Assembly: GCA_964384105.1 (NCBI GenBank) | Contig: CAYLJV010000003.1 | Location: forward strand, 32,001-96,000 | Origin: Candidatus Hadarchaeota archaeon | Lineage (GTDB): Archaea > Hadarchaeota > Hadarchaeia > Hadarchaeales > JAGGTB01 | Direction: 5' to 3' | Length of the DNA stretch: 64,000 bases | Shown: piece by piece, positions 49,490 through 59,588 of the stretch | Layout of the letters: the number at the start of each line of letters is the position of its first letter | Position numbering within the stretch: the first letter of the stretch is position 1 | Translations under genes and position numbers: made by a program | The notes under the pieces: generated by a model | What the model was told of the DNA's origin: nothing | The model's database searches: none | Seen by the model: only the letters and a program-made list of their open reading frames with translations

Positions 49490-50443
49490 CTATAATTTTT
49501 TATTTTCAATATCGATATTCAGTTCTCTGATTAACTCTTTGTATCGATGCCTAAGTGTGACTTGCGTAACTTCTGCTATCTCGGATATTGCCCTTTGGGT
49601 CTTTTTTTCTCCCGATAAAAGACTCGCGATGTAGACCGCAGCTGCAGCTGTTCCTTTTGCGCCTTTTCCGGAAATTAGGCCTTTCTTCTGAGCTTTTCTG
49701 ATTATATCTATAGCTTTCGCTTGAGTTTCTCCGGAAATTTTGAGATCGCTTCCGAACCGAGCTATGTATTTTGTAGGGTCTATTGGGGGAAGATGAATAT
49801 TCAGTTCTCTGGAGATAAATCTATAATTTTTTGAAATCTTTTTTTTGCTAACTTTACTCACTTTGGATATTTCTTCCAAGCTTCTGGGGATGCCGGCTTC
49901 TCTACTGGCTGCATATATGGTTGCCGAAGTGACTGCTTCGGTTGATCTTCCTCTGATCAGATTCTTTTCTGCCGCTTTTCTGTACATTATTGATGCTATT
50001 TCTTGTACATTGCGCGGGAGACCAAGCTGGGAGGCCATACGACTAATTTCTGAAAGGGCATAGGCTAGACTTCTCTCACGTGCGCCTGAAACTTTAATTC
50101 GCTTTTGCCATTTTCTTAAACGATGGACTTTCGCTTTCTGTCTAGGAGAAAGACTTTTTCCGAGACTATCCTTATCCATCCAATCAATATCAGTGGGTAA
50201 TCCCTTGTTGTGTATTCTGTATGTTATTGGAGATCCGATCCTGCTCAGGTCTTCTCCTTCTTGGTTAAAAGTCTGCCATTCACCTTCATTTTCCTTCATA
50301 TCTTCTATGATTCTACCGCATTTTCTACAGATTACTATGTCTTCTTGATAGTCTTTTACAACAGACGTACTACCACAAGATGGGCATTTTATATCTAAGT
50401 CTATTCTATATTTTGAAGAAGATTTCTTCTTTTGGGACATCAA
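49490..50443 (-). CDS. tfb: Transcription initiation factor B paralog
   Basis: Zn ribbon CPSC/CRKC, 'RLRKWQ', 'LIRGRS', two cyclin repeats, 'TQVTLRHRYKEL'. Confidence 0.92.
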   Translation of the reverse strand: MMSQKKKSSSKYRIDLDIKCPSCGSTSVVKDYQEDIVICRKCGRIIEDMKENEGEWQTFNQEGEDLSRIGSPITYRIHNKGLPTDIDWMDKDSLGKSLSPRQKAKVHRLRKWQKRIKVSGARERSLAYALSEISRMASQLGLPRNVQEIASIMYRKAAEKNLIRGRSTEAVTSATIYAASREAGIPRSLEEISKVSKVSKKKISKNYRFISRELNIHLPPIDPTKYIARFGSDLKISGETQAKAIDIIRKAQKKGLISGKGAKGTAAAAVYIASLLSGEKKTQRAISEIAEVTQVTLRHRYKELIRELNIDIENKKL

Positions 50444-50725
50444 AATAATTGTTTCCCGGGAATAGAATATTAAATTGAGGTTTATGGGAATTTATTAATA
50501 AATAGGGTTATCAATTAATTTTCTCTCATAAAAATCTTTTATACCTTTCTTTAGTGATTCTAAGTCTATTAAATCATTTTATCGGTTTTTAAGACCTTAA
50601 TAGTCTTTAATATTTGTTTTCTAATATTTTTTCTTACCATTGGTACGGAACATTTGTTAAAAAGCTTTTTTTGTTTGTTTTACCCTTATTAGATGGAGAT
50701 TTGCTTTTCCGTAGGGGGTTACTGG

Positions 50726-51490
50726 ATGTCAGGGAAAATCCGTTCTAGAGAAAGTAAAGGAGAATCTGACTTTAAAAGTGAGAATTATGGTGCAGCTTTT
50801 GATTTTAGAGATAGCAAGATTCTAGATAAGTATAGTTTCCAAGCTTCGATAGGTCTGAATCTAAGAGAGAAAATGGAGGAACTTCGCAACTGTCTTGAGT
50901 CTTTGAAAGGTTTGGATATTTCAGATGAAGGAGGGGAATTTCTGAATCGGGCTATAGAAAGTACTCTGGAAGAAGTGGAGCTTGTTGAGTACATTCATGA
51001 GCGGGATGTTCAGGAGGAGTCCAAGGTGGGAATGGACGTTTTGAGTACTTTTTTGGAATATGCATGGTCGGAGACTCAACTTGCCATATCGAAGCTCTGG
51101 AGAGCGTATAAAAAATGGGGAGATCAGAATGAGATTTTCTTTGATCTGGCTAAGAAATCTGCAGAGCACAAATCATTGTTAGAACTGATTAAATCAAATC
51201 TGGACGAAGGTCGTATGAAATATTACCCTGGATATAATGAGGAAAAAAATTTTGATTGGAAGGAAAACTCTAATGAGGAAATTTTAATGGATCTTATGAA
51301 AGAAGAAAATTTACTATTGGATTTGTACAAGAGGTTAGGTTCCTTATTGGATAGAGATGATATCCGGGGAAGTTGTAGAGGGGAGAAATGGATAGAGTAT
51401 TTCGAAATTTTCGGAAAATTGGTTCGAGAAGTGGAAGAAAATATAGATAAGTTGGAAAGAGTGAGAAGATCTATTCTTTTTAGCCGATGA
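50726..51490 (+). CDS. Hypothetical: DHp(HisKA)-like helical hairpin fused to a degenerate ferritin/rubrerythrin-like domain
   Basis: Four-helix pattern 'LAKKSAEH', 'KEE...LY', 'LVREVEEN'; N part aligns by eye with the DHp of the kinase at the window end. Confidence 0.55.
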   Translation: MSGKIRSRESKGESDFKSENYGAAFDFRDSKILDKYSFQASIGLNLREKMEELRNCLESLKGLDISDEGGEFLNRAIESTLEEVELVEYIHERDVQEESKVGMDVLSTFLEYAWSETQLAISKLWRAYKKWGDQNEIFFDLAKKSAEHKSLLELIKSNLDEGRMKYYPGYNEEKNFDWKENSNEEILMDLMKEENLLLDLYKRLGSLLDRDDIRGSCRGEKWIEYFEIFGKLVREVEENIDKLERVRRSILFSR

Positions 51491-51576
51491 ATAGTTTGGA
51501 ATCTATTTTTTGGCATCAATTATTACTTTTTTAAGTCATATTCTTTTGTCAGTTGACTTTTGATTCTACCAACAAT

Positions 51577-51592
51577 CGAAAAGGGTTTATAA
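51577..51592 (+). promoter_or_regulatory. BRE-TATA promoter of radical SAM gene
   Basis: 'cgaaaagggtttataa' about 30 nt before ATG 51622. Confidence 0.55.
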
Positions 51593-51621
51593 TTGATACT
51601 TTAAGCTTTTATCAGAGTTTC

Positions 51622-53106
51622 ATGGAGACTCGAAAAGTTGTTTTAACTGCAGATCGTTCTTTGATGAGCAATTTTAGAGGTAACTATATCCTTGGTTTCC
51701 TCTCGTGTGCACCTTCCAGCGTGGTTCCAGGATTCGTTTATAATCGAATATTTGCACCCCCCATAGAGGCTAATCCAGATGGTTCGGCAAGGGCTGCCCC
51801 TATGGGTCTTAGACGTTTGGAAAGCGCTCTTTTACAGGACAGTCGATACGTTGAAGGTGAGGTTCTAGTGGCTCATCCCCACTGTATAAGGGAAGTTATC
51901 GGGGAAGATACTGAAATTATTGGAGTTAGTGTAATGGATCCATTGGGGAAAGGCCCAGTTACGTCGTCTTTTACACACAATACTGAACACACACCGATGA
52001 ATGCCGTGGAATTCCAGTCGCTCACGAATGACATAAATGAGCTTGTTTCTGATGCTAGGGTGGTTGTAGGTGGAGGAGGGGCTTGGCAGCTTGAGAACAG
52101 AATGGAAGAGTTTGACATCGATTACTTGGTCCTTGGAGAGGTGGGTCATAATGCTCCTGATGTATTTGAGAGTATAGTCTCGGGTTCTGCCGATCCGGTT
52201 ATATTTTCTGGGAGTCCCAAAAGTATGGACGAAGTTCCCGAGATTAAAGGACCTACTATAAATTCCGTTTTAGAGGCGATGAGAGGATGTGGTCGTGGTT
52301 GTAGTTTTTGTGGGCCAAATAATAGACGTAAGATATATGCTGATGTTGATCGCCTTAAGCGGGAGGCGGAAGTAAATTCTAGAGAATTTCGTCACATCTG
52401 GTTACATAGCGAGGATATCCTTCTTTATAAACATAGTAGTAATTTTGTACCCAATCGAGAAGAAATCCGAAATCTATACGAGTCTATATTGAACGTTGAA
52501 GGAATTGAGATGGTGGGTACTACTCACATTAATCTCGCTGGTGTGGTGTCTGCTCCTGAAGTCATTGGTGATATTTCTAAACTTAATGGACTTTCTACCG
52601 ATAGATGGACGGGGATTCAACCGGGTCTAGAGACAGGAAGCCCTCGACTTATCGATAAACATATGCGGGGTAAAGCACTTCCTTTCGAACCGGAAGATTG
52701 GCCAAATATTGTTGAGGAAGGTATTCGAATATTGAATGATAATTACATCTATCCTGCCTGTACTCTGGTTATCGGATTGCCGGGGGAGACAGAGGAGGAT
52801 GTGGATCTGACCATAGAGCTGATCGAGAATCTTTCTGATACACATAGCATCTTTGCTCCGCTCATGTATATGGATTACAGAGGGGAAGCAACAGTTGCGG
52901 CTTATGACATGTCTCCTAAGCAATTGGAGTTATTTTACAAATGTTGGAGACATAATGTTGATGAAATTCAGGGAAAGGTTTGGAGGGCGACGAAGGGATG
53001 GAATCCTATCTCCCGTATAGTTTCGAAGTTAGTGGTCTGGTTGGGTGGAAAAACTATTTTACATAAACTCGATCGGATGAAGATCGAGAGTGGTCTAGAG
53101 CAATAG
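51622..53106 (+). CDS. B12-binding-domain-type radical SAM protein
   Basis: 'APMGLRRLE', 'VVGGGGAWQ', CxxxCxxC 'RGCGRGCSFC', 'GLETGS', 'IGLPGET'. Confidence 0.88.
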   Translation: METRKVVLTADRSLMSNFRGNYILGFLSCAPSSVVPGFVYNRIFAPPIEANPDGSARAAPMGLRRLESALLQDSRYVEGEVLVAHPHCIREVIGEDTEIIGVSVMDPLGKGPVTSSFTHNTEHTPMNAVEFQSLTNDINELVSDARVVVGGGGAWQLENRMEEFDIDYLVLGEVGHNAPDVFESIVSGSADPVIFSGSPKSMDEVPEIKGPTINSVLEAMRGCGRGCSFCGPNNRRKIYADVDRLKREAEVNSREFRHIWLHSEDILLYKHSSNFVPNREEIRNLYESILNVEGIEMVGTTHINLAGVVSAPEVIGDISKLNGLSTDRWTGIQPGLETGSPRLIDKHMRGKALPFEPEDWPNIVEEGIRILNDNYIYPACTLVIGLPGETEEDVDLTIELIENLSDTHSIFAPLMYMDYRGEATVAAYDMSPKQLELFYKCWRHNVDEIQGKVWRATKGWNPISRIVSKLVVWLGGKTILHKLDRMKIESGLEQ

Positions 53107-53185
53107 TTCCCTTTGTTTTGTGACAACCAAAGTTCTGGCGTAAGTTGTTTAAATCATATTCATATAACTCCATGTGGTGAAAAAT

Positions 53186-54280
53186 ATGAAAACTACAGTT
53201 AGTGTAATCAAAGCGGATGTAGGTAGTCTACCAGGACACGTTGTTGTTCCAAAGGAGATGCTGGATATATGTGAAGACGATCTTTCAGGGGCCAAAGAAG
53301 AGGGCGTTATAAAAAGCTACCATGTGACAAATTGCGGTGACGACATTAATCTTATCATGGCTCATGATAAGGGCGTAGATAACGAAAAAATCCATCAATT
53401 GGCGTGGGATACGTTCATGGAAGCAGGAGATTACGCAAAAGAACACGGGTTTTATGGAGCTAAACAGGACCTTTTGAAAGAAGCTTTTTCAGGAAATGTT
53501 AAAGGAATGGGCCCGGGAGTTGCCGAATTCGAAATTGAAGAAAGGCCGAGTGAACCAATAATCGTTTGGGCATGTGATAAAACTGCCCCAAGTGCGTTTA
53601 ACCTCCCGATTTTCAAGATGTTTGGCAGTCCTTTCAATACAGCTGGTCTCATCATAGATACAAAAATGCATGATGGATACAAGTTTGAAATCCACGATAT
53701 CAAGAAAGGCAAGAAAATTATGCTCAGTAGTCCCGAAGAGATGCATGACATACTCTCGCTGATTGGCCTTGTAAATAGGTATGTGATTAAGAGAGTTTAT
53801 AGAAAGACTGGAGAAGTAGCTGCTTCCATTAGTACTGAGAAACTAAGTATGATTGCAGGAGAGTACGTTGGAAAGGATGATCCAGTTGCTATCACACGTG
53901 CACAGTCTGGGTATCCTGCAGTTGGAGAAGAACTCGAAGCTTTTGCTTTCCCACATCTTGTACCTGGATGGATGAGAGGTTCTCACCAGGGTCCGTTGAT
54001 GCCGGTTTCTCGGAAAAACGCTAGACCGACTCGATTCGATGGTCCTCCGAGGATAATTGCTCTTGGATTCCAGCTAAAGAATGGAATTCTTCAGGGTCCA
54101 GTAGATCTATTTGACGATCCGTCTTTCGACGAAGCTCGGAAGAAAGCTGGAGAAATTGCAGAGTATATGCGTAGACACGGACCGTTCCAGCCGCATCTGC
54201 TACCAGAGGAAGAGTTAGAATACACGACGATAACAGATGTAATAGACAATCTGGAAAATCGCTTTGAATCAATAGAGTGA
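53186..54280 (+). CDS. fbp: Bifunctional fructose-1,6-bisphosphate aldolase/phosphatase (class V FBPase)
   Basis: 'SVIKADVG', 'GDD', 'YVGKDDP', 'GWMRGSH', 'RFDGPP', 'EYTT'. Confidence 0.95.
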   Translation: MKTTVSVIKADVGSLPGHVVVPKEMLDICEDDLSGAKEEGVIKSYHVTNCGDDINLIMAHDKGVDNEKIHQLAWDTFMEAGDYAKEHGFYGAKQDLLKEAFSGNVKGMGPGVAEFEIEERPSEPIIVWACDKTAPSAFNLPIFKMFGSPFNTAGLIIDTKMHDGYKFEIHDIKKGKKIMLSSPEEMHDILSLIGLVNRYVIKRVYRKTGEVAASISTEKLSMIAGEYVGKDDPVAITRAQSGYPAVGEELEAFAFPHLVPGWMRGSHQGPLMPVSRKNARPTRFDGPPRIIALGFQLKNGILQGPVDLFDDPSFDEARKKAGEIAEYMRRHGPFQPHLLPEEELEYTTITDVIDNLENRFESIE

Positions 54281-54340
54281 GTTGGGAATTTTCTGAACAG
54301 AAGATAGCGGAAAATTTCCCAATCTTTTTATTTTATTTTG
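54281..54340 (+). terminator. Stem-loop plus T-tract after fbp
   Basis: gttgggaattttctg / cggaaaatttcccaat arms followed by a T-rich run. Confidence 0.5.
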
Positions 54341-54496
54341 ACTTGATTTAATTGACAAATTGAGAAGGAGATTAATCTGAGTAAAATATCAAGAGTTTTG
54401 AAGGTATACGAATGGTTTTATAAGGGAATTCGTTCTAAAAGTCTCAATACCCTTATTAGGGATTTACTGTAAGATTAGGTAAGAATGGGGACAAGA

Positions 54497-55009
54497 ATGC
54501 CAGAAGAAGAAAAACCGAAGGAAGAAGGCCAAAAACTGAAAGGTATTGTGCGGTTAGCGGGCAGAGACCTAAAGGGAAGTAGGCGTATCCAGTCTGCTAT
54601 AAGTGGCTTGAAAGGTATCGGCTCATCTATGGCCAAAGCAATGGTTTATTCGGCGGGGATAGACGGAACTCAAAAAGTTGGTTCTTTGAGTGATGAGCAA
54701 ATTAAAAGTCTGGAAAAAGTTTTTGATGATCCCGTCAAATATGGAATCCCAAAATATATGCTTAATAGACGTAAGGATTTTGAAACTGGTGAAGATCTGC
54801 ACCTTCTTGGCGGTGATATCGAGATGGCTGAGAGGGAAGATATATCGAGAGAGAAGGATATTCAGAGTAGAAGGGGAATCCGCCATCAAAGAGGTCTTCC
54901 GGTGAGGGGGCAGCGCACTAGGTCTACAGGTAGAAAAGGTATGACCGTGGGTGTACAAAGAGAAAAATTGAAGAAGAAAAAGAAAAAGGAAAAGAAGGAA
55001 AAGAGTTGA
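54497..55009 (+). CDS. rps13: 30S ribosomal protein S13
   Basis: 'KGIG', 'LNRRKD', 'RH.RGLPVRGQRT'. Confidence 0.96.
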   Translation: MPEEEKPKEEGQKLKGIVRLAGRDLKGSRRIQSAISGLKGIGSSMAKAMVYSAGIDGTQKVGSLSDEQIKSLEKVFDDPVKYGIPKYMLNRRKDFETGEDLHLLGGDIEMAEREDISREKDIQSRRGIRHQRGLPVRGQRTRSTGRKGMTVGVQREKLKKKKKKEKKEKS

Positions 55010-55015
55010 TGATTC

Positions 55016-55561
55016 ATGGGAGATCCTAAAAGACAAAGAAAGCAGTATGCGACACCCCTTAGGCCTTGGGATAGAGAGCGCATAATAAAGGAAGCAGATT
55101 TGACCAGAAAATATGGATTAAAGTCCAAGAATGAAGTTTGGAAAACTGAGACTATTCTTCGAGATTTCCGAAGGGAGGCGAGAAAGTTGATGGCTGAAAC
55201 GGGGGAACAAGCAGATAAGGAGGCTAAACAGTTGCTTTCCAAGTTACAGAATTTGAAATTGGTTGGAAAAGATTCTTCTATAGTTGATGTTCTTAAGTTA
55301 GGTATTGAAGATGTTCTTGATAGGCGTCTTCAATCAGTTGTTTATAAGAAAGGTCTTGCCAAGACTGCAACACAGGCAAGGCAGTTCATTGTTCATGGAC
55401 ATATAGTTGTTGGTGACAGATGTGTCACTGAGCCAGGTTATCTGGTGTCTGGTGATGAAGAGCAGGAGGTTGCTCATCATCCGTCATCTTCTTACAAAGA
55501 AATTATCAAACCAGAGGAAGTAAAGTCCAATAGACCAGCGGCTACTACGGAGGAGAAATAA
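55016..55561 (+). CDS. rps4: 30S ribosomal protein S4
   Basis: 'MGDPK', 'YGLK', 'RRLQ', '[11 protein letters not shown]'. Confidence 0.96.
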   Translation: MGDPKRQRKQYATPLRPWDRERIIKEADLTRKYGLKSKNEVWKTETILRDFRREARKLMAETGEQADKEAKQLLSKLQNLKLVGKDSSIVDVLKLGIEDVLDRRLQSVVYKKGLAKTATQARQFIVHGHIVVGDRCVTEPGYLVSGDEEQEVAHHPSSSYKEIIKPEEVKSNRPAATTEEK

Positions 55562-55562
55562 T

Positions 55563-55994
55563 ATGGCGAGAAGAGGCAGAAGCAGAAGTAAAGGAAGAAA
55601 GAAAAAGGAAGGAGAAAAATGGGGCGTGGCCCATATATACGCTTCTTTCAATAATACGATAATTCATGTAACTGATTTGACCGGTGCCGAAACAGTCGCT
55701 CGTTATTCTGGTGGCATGGTTGTCAAGAGTGATAGAGAGGAGTCTTCACCATATGCTGCGATGAAAGCGGCTGGCTTCGTGGCTGAAGAGGTAAAAGATA
55801 AAGGCTTCACCGGTGTACATATAAAGGTACGTGCTCCGGGCGGAAGCGGGTCGAAGAGTCCAGGTCCGGGTGCCCAGGCTTCGATTAGGGCCTTGGCGAG
55901 AGCCGGACTACAGATCGGAAAAATAGAGGATGTTACCCCAATACCTCACGACGGAACTAGAAAGAAAGGTGGGAGAAGGGGAAGACGAGTATAA
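55563..55994 (+). CDS. rps11: 30S ribosomal protein S11
   Basis: 'SFNNTIIH', 'SPYAAM', '[11 protein letters not shown]'. Confidence 0.97.
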   Translation: MARRGRSRSKGRKKKEGEKWGVAHIYASFNNTIIHVTDLTGAETVARYSGGMVVKSDREESSPYAAMKAAGFVAEEVKDKGFTGVHIKVRAPGGSGSKSPGPGAQASIRALARAGLQIGKIEDVTPIPHDGTRKKGGRRGRRV

Positions 55995-56012
55995 GAATCA
56001 GGTGTTAATAAA

Positions 56013-56816
56013 ATGGAAATTGAATTGAGAAAGTTTGATGATGAAAATCTAGAATTCGTGATTTCGGGAACTAATCCCGCCTTCGTTAACTCTATTAGAC
56101 GAACTATTCTTCAGAAGGTACCTGTTATGGCAATAGATGAAGTTGAAGTTATGGTTAATGATACAATAATGGGAGACGAAGTAATAGCTCATCGTCTTGG
56201 TCAGATTCCGTTAAACACTCCCGATGGATATTTGCTCCCTTCCGAATGTGACTGCAGAAAGGGTAGATGTCCTAACTGTAGTGTTGATCTCGATCTTGAA
56301 CTGGTTGAGGGCCCCGCTGTGGTTCGAGCAAGCGATTTAGACCCATCAGATTCAGAGGTTTTTCCCGTTCAAGGTGAAACTCCTATTGTTCGACTCGGTG
56401 AAGAACAAAGGATAAAACTTACAGGGATTGCTAGACTAGGATTCGGTAAGGACCATGCTAATTGGCAGCCTGCTGTTGCTTCATACAAGTACATGCCTAT
56501 TATCAACATAAACCAAGACGCTCGCGAGGAGTGGGAGGAGTGCGCTGAGGTCTGTCCAACGGATGTATTTGAGGTTGAAGATGGAGAACTGACAATTGTA
56601 AATCTTGAGGAGTGCACTTTATGCAACGCCTGTGTGGAGGCATGCCCTGGCGCTATCGAGGTCAAGGGAGATTCAACGAAGTTTATTTTCAGAGTAGAAT
56701 CCACGGGAGCTATGTCTTCTGAGAGAATTCTGAGAAAGTCTCTCGAAATAATGAAGGCTAAATGTAGCGAGTTCAACGAAAAGCTAGATGAATTAAAGAA
56801 GTTCGGAGAATTGTAA
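56013..56816 (+). CDS. rpoD: RNA polymerase subunit D (Rpo3) with ferredoxin-like insert
   Basis: 'NSIRR', 'AHRLGQIP', 'GKDHANW', 'CTLCNACVEACP'. Confidence 0.95.
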   Translation: MEIELRKFDDENLEFVISGTNPAFVNSIRRTILQKVPVMAIDEVEVMVNDTIMGDEVIAHRLGQIPLNTPDGYLLPSECDCRKGRCPNCSVDLDLELVEGPAVVRASDLDPSDSEVFPVQGETPIVRLGEEQRIKLTGIARLGFGKDHANWQPAVASYKYMPIININQDAREEWEECAEVCPTDVFEVEDGELTIVNLEECTLCNACVEACPGAIEVKGDSTKFIFRVESTGAMSSERILRKSLEIMKAKCSEFNEKLDELKKFGEL

Positions 56817-56831
56817 ATTTTTGATAGGATT

Positions 56832-57896
56832 CTAGATCCATTCTTTTCTTCTGAAGTAGATTACCATCCCAATAACGACCATAAACATTACTATTAATAT
56901 CGTAGGATATGCCCAGCTTACCTCGAGTTCAGGCATAAATTCGAAGTTCATCCCGTAAACTCCTGCTATGAACGTTAGGGGGATGAATATTGTGGCTATA
57001 ATGGTTAATACTTTCATAACTTCATTCATTCTGTTACTGATACTTGAAAGATAAATATCCAATAAGCCGGAGAGCATTTCTCTTTGGGCCTCTAGAGTAT
57101 CTACAGCTTGTATTGTGTGATCGTAGATATCTCTGAAATATATGAGATTCTTTTTCTTTATTAAGGAAACCTCTCCCCTTTCTAGCCTCCTTATCGCTTC
57201 TCTTAGAGTCCAAAAGGATTTACGAAGAGATATGAGTTCTCTTTTAAGATTTTGTATATTTTGTAGAGTTCTAGTTGTGGGATTTACTAGGACCTTTTCT
57301 TCCAAATCTTCTATTTCTTCACCAATATTTTCTAGGATTATGTAGTAGTTGTCCACGATTGCGTCTATTAGAGCATAAGCTAGATAATCACTACCCTCCT
57401 TTCTTATTTTTCCTTTACCGCCTCGAATTCGGTCTCTAATAGGATCAAAAACGTCTCCTTCTTTTTCTTGAAAAGAAATGACGTAATTTTCTCCGAGAAT
57501 TAGGCTTATTTGTTCCTTTTCAATTTCTTTGCCACTTTCCTCATAATAGAACATTTTTAAAACGGCAAATACATGATTTTCAAAATCTTCTATTTTTTGC
57601 CTTTGTTGAGTGTTCAGAATATCCTCAAGTAGAAGGGGATGTAAGTCAAAATTTTTTCCTATTTTTTCTATTATTTCGACCTTATGTATACCGTCTATAT
57701 TTATCCAAGTGACTGTAGGTTTTTCTTTGAATGGGAAACATTCTTCCACTTTTTCGACTTTTTTTTCTTGATATTGTTTCTCGTCGTAATCTAAAATTGT
57801 TATAGTAGGTTCTTCTTTTTTTTCTTCTCCAGTGTAAATAAGAGTTCCAGGGGGTAGACCTGCTTCCTTATGTCTTTTTTCGGGAGAATTAGACAT
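56832..57896 (-). CDS. corA: Magnesium/cobalt transporter CorA
   Basis: 'GLPPGTL', 'LHPLLLEDI', 'YGMNF', 'MPEL'. Confidence 0.95.
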   Translation of the reverse strand: MSNSPEKRHKEAGLPPGTLIYTGEEKKEEPTITILDYDEKQYQEKKVEKVEECFPFKEKPTVTWINIDGIHKVEIIEKIGKNFDLHPLLLEDILNTQQRQKIEDFENHVFAVLKMFYYEESGKEIEKEQISLILGENYVISFQEKEGDVFDPIRDRIRGGKGKIRKEGSDYLAYALIDAIVDNYYIILENIGEEIEDLEEKVLVNPTTRTLQNIQNLKRELISLRKSFWTLREAIRRLERGEVSLIKKKNLIYFRDIYDHTIQAVDTLEAQREMLSGLLDIYLSSISNRMNEVMKVLTIIATIFIPLTFIAGVYGMNFEFMPELEVSWAYPTILIVMFMVVIGMVIYFRRKEWI

Positions 57897-58017
57897 TCTA
57901 GTGGTATTTTTTGTCGAATCTCAGTAATTAATGTTTTGAACATTTTATACAGTTCCTCTCTATCTTCTTTTAAGAAGCCGTATTCTTTTTTAGAGTTTAG
58001 TTTTAAACCGTCTGTGT

Positions 58018-58803
58018 ATGCTGAGTGAAAAAGATCTGGTTCTCGAGCTCGAAGATGTCTCGAGAATAGTTGATAATAATCTAGTAATAGACGATATATC
58101 GTGGAAAATCAAAAAAGGTGAGCACTGGGCTATGCTTGGAGCTAATGGGGCGGGCAAAACTACCTTAATGAAAATAATCTCCGGTTATCTCTGGCCTACG
58201 AAAGGGAAAGTTAAGGTTCTTGGAGAAAGATTTGGTAAGGTAGATCTTAGGGAACTCAGAAAGAATATTGGATATGTAAATTCTGTTCTCTTAAATGAAA
58301 TCCCGTGGAATGATTCTGTTTTAAAGGTCGTACTTTCAGGTAGATTCGGTAGTATCGGCCTTTACGAGGAACCAACGAAAAAGAATTTGGGTAAAGCGGA
58401 GGACCTTCTCGAATTTATGGGGTGTCTCGATTTGAAGAAAAGGCAGTTTGGCAAATTGTCTCAGGGAGAACAGCAGAAGGTACTGATAGCTAGGGCATTA
58501 ATGTCTAAGCCGGGGATCCTCATCATGGATGAACCGGCTATAGGATTGGATCCAGCTGCTAGGGAAAGGTTCCTGAAACGGGTCGAAAAAACTGCTATAA
58601 TGGAGGGCGGCCCTACGCTAATATATATAACTCATCATATAGAGGAGATAATACCTATTTTTAAGAAAGCGATAATTTTGAAGGATGGGAGAATATTAGC
58701 AAAAGGGCGTAAAGAGAGGATTTTAACAGATAGTATTCTAGAGAAAGCCTTTGATATGAGACTCAAGGTTATCGAGAATGACGGAAGATACGTTATTAGT
58801 TAG
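58018..58803 (+). CDS. ABC ATP-binding protein (ModF-like, no adjacent permease)
   Basis: 'GANGAGKTT', 'LSQGE', 'MDEP', 'ITHH'. Confidence 0.88.
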   Translation: MLSEKDLVLELEDVSRIVDNNLVIDDISWKIKKGEHWAMLGANGAGKTTLMKIISGYLWPTKGKVKVLGERFGKVDLRELRKNIGYVNSVLLNEIPWNDSVLKVVLSGRFGSIGLYEEPTKKNLGKAEDLLEFMGCLDLKKRQFGKLSQGEQQKVLIARALMSKPGILIMDEPAIGLDPAARERFLKRVEKTAIMEGGPTLIYITHHIEEIIPIFKKAIILKDGRILAKGRKERILTDSILEKAFDMRLKVIENDGRYVIS

Positions 58804-58880
58804 TTTACATTCGAATTTTTCAAATAGGATAGCTTTTTGAGTATGGATAGATATTGTTGTGGAATTGAGAAGTGATCTAA

Positions 58881-59516
58881 ATGAAACCTAGAGTTATTTC
58901 CTTTGATGTTGACGGGACTTTGGTAAAGAAAACACTAGCCGATAGGTTTTGGTTTGTGGAGGTTCCGAGGCTCTATATCAAATATAATCATCTGGGTTTT
59001 GATGAAGCGGTCGAATTTTTGAAGAGAAATTACGATGAGGTGGGAGATAGAGACATTAGATGGTATTTGCCCAAGTATTGGTTTGATAGGTTTGGATTTG
59101 AAGAGAAACCTACAGAGATCCTGAAGAATATTAGTGACGAAGTAGAATTTTTTCAGGACGCATTAGATGTTCTATCTTCTCTGGATTCGGATTATGACTT
59201 AATAGTTATTTCAAATGCCCCTGAAGAGTTTCTAAATGTTCAGTTAAAGGATGTTGAAAACTACTTCTCCAAAATTTATTCCTGCGTTTCTGATTTAGGT
59301 CAAGTTAAAAAAGATGCCAGGGTTTATGAGAAGATCTGCGCTGACTATGGGGTTGCTCCTGAGGATGTAGTTCACGTGGGAGATGATTGGGACTTTGATT
59401 ATAGATCTCCTCAAAAGATAGGAGTAAATACTTTCTTGATAGATCGGGACGGTAAATTTGATCGAAAAAATGGTGTTCTCAGAGATCTAAGAGATATGTT
59501 AGATATTATTAATTAG
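58881..59516 (+). CDS. HAD-superfamily hydrolase
   Basis: 'FDVDGTL', 'ISN', K, 'HVGDD..FD'. Confidence 0.9.
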   Translation: MKPRVISFDVDGTLVKKTLADRFWFVEVPRLYIKYNHLGFDEAVEFLKRNYDEVGDRDIRWYLPKYWFDRFGFEEKPTEILKNISDEVEFFQDALDVLSSLDSDYDLIVISNAPEEFLNVQLKDVENYFSKIYSCVSDLGQVKKDARVYEKICADYGVAPEDVVHVGDDWDFDYRSPQKIGVNTFLIDRDGKFDRKNGVLRDLRDMLDIIN

Positions 59517-59588
59517 ATTCCCCGATTTATATTTGGAATAGGATATGAGTCAAGGTAATAAAGTTATCACGTTTTTCGGGGGTTTATA

